From Actinomycetota bacterium (GTDB lineage: Bacteria; Actinomycetota; Thermoleophilia; Gaiellales; F1-60-MAGs149), in assembly GCA_016870485.1 (NCBI GenBank), contig VGBM01000001.1, positions 97,786 to 161,785 of the forward strand: DNA of 64,000 bases. Direction: 5' to 3'. Positions 61,159 through 64,000 of this stretch are shown here, in pieces. The stretch's first letter is position 1; each line of letters opens with the position of its first letter. The notes beneath the pieces were generated by a model. The model was not told the DNA's origin and did not search any database. It saw only the letters and a program-made list of their open reading frames with translations. Both the position numbers and the translations under genes were made by a program.

Positions 61159-62670
61159 CTAACGCTCGACGAGCGAGGTGCCCGTCATCGCCGCGGGCTG
61201 CGGCACACCGAGCAGGTCGAGGACGGTCGGCGCGAGGTCGGCCAGCCGCCCCTCGGGCCGCAGCCGCACGTCGGCGCCGACGACCAGCACCGGCACCGGG
61301 TTCGTGGTGTGGGCCGTGTGCGGCTCGCCGTCGGCGTCGAGCATCTGCTCGGCGTTGCCGTGGTCGGCCGTCACCACCACGACCCCCTCGACGTCGCGCA
61401 CCGCGGTGACGACCTCGTCGAGGCGGTGGTCGACCTCCTCGACCGCGGCCACCACGGCGGGGATCGACCCGGTGTGCCCGACCATGTCCGGGTTCGCGAA
61501 GTTGACGACGATGAAGCCGAACGCGCCACCGCGGATCGCCTCGACGACGGCGTCGGCGACGCCGCCCGCGCTCATCTCGGGCTTGCGGTCGTAGGTGGCG
61601 ACGTCGCGCGGCGACGGCACGAGGATGCGCACCTCGCCGCGGTGCTCGGCCTCGCGCCCGCCGTTGAGGAAATAGGTGACGTGGGCGTACTTCTCGGTCT
61701 CGGCCACGTGCAGCTGGCTGATGCCCGCCGCCTCGAGGGCGTCGGCGAGGACGTCCCGCGGGCGGTCCTCGGGGAAGGCGATCGCACCCGGCTGGCCGTC
61801 CCAGTAGGCCGTCATCGCGGTCAGACGGCAGACGCCGGCCGCTCCGCGGTCGAAGGCGTCGAAGCCCGGGTCGGCGAGCGCCCGGCAGATCTGGCGCGCG
61901 CGATCCGGGCGGAAGTTGAGGAACACGACCTCGTCGCCCGCCGCGATCCGCCCGCCGCCGTCCCCGATCACGGCGGGCGCGACGAACTCGTCGGTGACGC
62001 CGGCGGCGTACGCGGCGGCGATCGCCTTCTCGGCGGTCGGGTACGCGGCCTCGGCGCCGCCCGTGTAGAGCCGCCAGGCGCGCTCGGTGCGCTCCCAGCG
62101 CTCGTCCCGGTCCATCGCGTGCATGCGCCCGCAGACGTCGACGATGCGGGCGGGCCCGTCCGCCCACTCGGCCTCAAGCCCGGCCAGGAGACCCCGGGCC
62201 TGCTCGGGCGAGACGTCGCGGCCGTCCGTGATCGCGTGCACGGCCACCTGCGGCACACCACTGCCGGCGGCGAGCCGCACGAGGCCGCGCAGGTGGTCGA
62301 CGTGGCTGTGGACGCCACCGTCGGACACGAGCCCGACGACGTGCAGGGTGCCGGACCCGTCGCGTGCCCGCTCGCAGGCCGCGACCAGCGCCGGGACGTC
62401 CGCGAAGCCGCGCGCGGCGGCGTCGGAGATGCGCACGAGGTCCTGGGCCACGATCCGCCCCGCGCCGATCACGAGGTGGCCGACCTCGGAGTTCCCCATC
62501 TGCCCGTCGGGCAGCCCGACGTCGCGACCCGAGGCGCCCAGTCGGCCGTGCGGCGAGCTCGCCCAGAGGCTGTCGAAGACGGGCGTGTCGGCGAGCTCGA
62601 CGGCGTTGCCCGGACCGGGCGGAGCGAGACCCCAGCCGTCGAGCACGATCAGGACGACGGGGCGCGTCAC
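61159..62670 (-). CDS. gpmI: 2,3-bisphosphoglycerate-independent phosphoglycerate mutase
   Basis: GTG 62670 (GTGA overlap with tpiA). 503 aa: LIVLDGWG, MGNSEVGHL, SDGGVHSH, ETEKYAHVTYF, TADHGNAE. Confidence 0.93.
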   Translation of the reverse strand: MTRPVVLIVLDGWGLAPPGPGNAVELADTPVFDSLWASSPHGRLGASGRDVGLPDGQMGNSEVGHLVIGAGRIVAQDLVRISDAAARGFADVPALVAACERARDGSGTLHVVGLVSDGGVHSHVDHLRGLVRLAAGSGVPQVAVHAITDGRDVSPEQARGLLAGLEAEWADGPARIVDVCGRMHAMDRDERWERTERAWRLYTGGAEAAYPTAEKAIAAAYAAGVTDEFVAPAVIGDGGGRIAAGDEVVFLNFRPDRARQICRALADPGFDAFDRGAAGVCRLTAMTAYWDGQPGAIAFPEDRPRDVLADALEAAGISQLHVAETEKYAHVTYFLNGGREAEHRGEVRILVPSPRDVATYDRKPEMSAGGVADAVVEAIRGGAFGFIVVNFANPDMVGHTGSIPAVVAAVEEVDHRLDEVVTAVRDVEGVVVVTADHGNAEQMLDADGEPHTAHTTNPVPVLVVGADVRLRPEGRLADLAPTVLDLLGVPQPAAMTGTSLVER

Positions 62671-63425
62671 GGGCGCGTGGCGGCGGCGATCGCGAGCAGG
62701 CTCGCCGCCGCGAGACTGGCGCCGCCCACGAGCGCGCCGTCGACGTCGGGCTGCGCCGTCAGCTCGGCGGCGTTCTCGGGCTTGACGGAGCCGCCGTAGA
62801 GGATCCGGATGCCGTCGGCGGCGTCGCCGGCGAAGTCGCGCAGGACGCCGCGGATGAACGCGTGCGCCTCCTGCGCCATCGCCGGTGTGGCCGTGCGACC
62901 GGTGCCGATCGCCCAGACGGGCTCGTAGGCGACCGTGACGCGGGCGACCTGCTCGGGCGCGGCCTGGGCGAGGCCGCGGCGCAGCTGCTCGTCGAGGATC
63001 TGCTCGGTCGAGCCGGCGTCGCGGGCGTACTCCAGCTCGCCGATGCAGAGCACAGGGTCGAGGCCCGCCGCGAGGCAGGCGACGACCTTCTCGGCGAGCT
63101 GGTCGTCGTGCTCGTTGAAGAGGGCGCGCCGCTCGGAGTGGCCGAGGAGCGCCCCGCTCGCCCCGGCCTCCACGAGCATGCCCGTCGAGATCTCGCCGGT
63201 GAAGGCGCCGCTCTCGGCCTGGTGCACGTTCTGGCCCCAGACGCCGACGCCGCTGCCGGCCAGCGCCGCGGCGACCTCGGCCAGCGCCGTCGCCGGCGGG
63301 CAGACCGCGAGGTCGACGCCCTCGGCGTCCGCCAGCCCGGCCGTGAGGTCGGTGCACCAGGCGACGGCCTCCGCCCGCGTCTTGCACATCTTCCAGTTGC
63401 CGGCCACGAGGGGACGTCGGCTCAT
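62667..63425 (-). CDS. tpiA: triosephosphate isomerase
   Basis: 252 aa: [30 protein letters not shown]. Confidence 0.95.
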   Translation of the reverse strand: MSRRPLVAGNWKMCKTRAEAVAWCTDLTAGLADAEGVDLAVCPPATALAEVAAALAGSGVGVWGQNVHQAESGAFTGEISTGMLVEAGASGALLGHSERRALFNEHDDQLAEKVVACLAAGLDPVLCIGELEYARDAGSTEQILDEQLRRGLAQAAPEQVARVTVAYEPVWAIGTGRTATPAMAQEAHAFIRGVLRDFAGDAADGIRILYGGSVKPENAAELTAQPDVDGALVGGASLAAASLLAIAAATRP

Positions 63426-64000
63426 CGGGTGACCTCCGGGATCGCGGCCACGCCCGGTAGCACGCGCCCCTCGAGCAGCTCGAGGCTCGCGCCCCCGCCG
63501 GTCGAGACGTGCGTGACCCGGTCGGCGAGGCCGAACTGGGTGATCGCGGCGACGCTGTCGCCGCCGCCCACGACGGTGGTGCCGCCGCAGCCGGCGACGG
63601 CCTCGGCGACCGCGCGCGTGCCCGCCGCGAAGGGCGCCATCTCGAACGCGCCCATCGGGCCGTTCCAGAGCACCGTGCGCGCCGCGGCGGTGCGCTCCGC
63701 GTAGCGGGCCGCCGTGGCGGGGCCGATGTCGAGGCCCATCCAGCCGGCGCTGATCGCGTCGGCCGGCTCGGTGCGCGACTGGGCGTCCGCGCTGAAGGCG
63801 TCGGCCGCGACGACGTCGACGGGCAGGAGCAGGTCGCAGCCGGTCTGCCGGGACTTGGCGACCGCACGCCGCGCGATCTCCTGGCCGTCCGCGTCCTCGT
63901 GCAGCGACGCCCCGACCTCGCCGCCGGCGGCGACGATGAACGTGAACGCCATCGCCCCGCCGATCAGCACGCAGTCGGCGACCTCGACGAGGCGGTCGAG
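63422..64000 (-). CDS. pgk: phosphoglycerate kinase, C-terminal part (gene continues past the right edge)
   Basis: [39 protein letters not shown]. The frame is open to the window end. Confidence 0.92.
   Translation of the reverse strand, partial: LDRLVEVADCVLIGGAMAFTFIVAAGGEVGASLHEDADGQEIARRAVAKSRQTGCDLLLPVDVVAADAFSADAQSRTEPADAISAGWMGLDIGPATAARYAERTAAARTVLWNGPMGAFEMAPFAAGTRAVAEAVAGCGGTTVVGGGDSVAAITQFGLADRVTHVSTGGGASLELLEGRVLPGVAAIPEVTR

Overview
High-GC bacterial chromosomal segment (well above 65% GC by eye, not computed). It has Actinomycetota-like hallmarks: a Rex repressor, ftsQ-ftsZ without ftsA, many leaderless-type starts, and dense 1-8 nt gene overlaps. I call 67 protein-coding genes (two run off the window edges), one tRNA-Gly(CCC), one multiply disrupted LuxR-type pseudogene, three strong GC-rich terminator-like hairpins and a set of TANNNT -10-like boxes. 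I saw no rRNA, CRISPR array, transposase, integrase or phage gene. Regions 1-33.9 kb and 57.9-64 kb are mostly housekeeping: thrC/hom, H+-PPase, the t6A operon tsaE-tsaB-rimI-tsaD, panC-panB, uvrA, uvrB, lysA, argH, ftsZ, ftsQ, ahcY, argS, rlmH and pgk-tpiA-gpmI. Region 33.9-57.9 kb is an accessory catabolic block unusually rich in amide-bond hydrolases. Items most worth a second look: (1) a ten-gene operon joining an HDAC-type amidohydrolase, a urea/amide-type ABC importer, an M20 deacylase and an amidase. (2) A leaderless four-gene operon of a creatininase-family enzyme, a COG3199 NAD-kinase-like protein and a divergent GcvPA/GcvPB-like pair, with no T/H/L proteins and no glycine riboswitch. 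(3) rlmH, whose conserved N-terminus has no canonical start codon and lies in frame with the upstream DUF3467 gene across a single TAG. (4) A recurrent TANNNT-N6/7-start-codon architecture that fixes several starts and supports a 45-codon membrane ORF absent from the ORF track. (5) A second, GNAT-coupled pgk paralog. All functional calls come from reading motifs in the translations. No database search was run.
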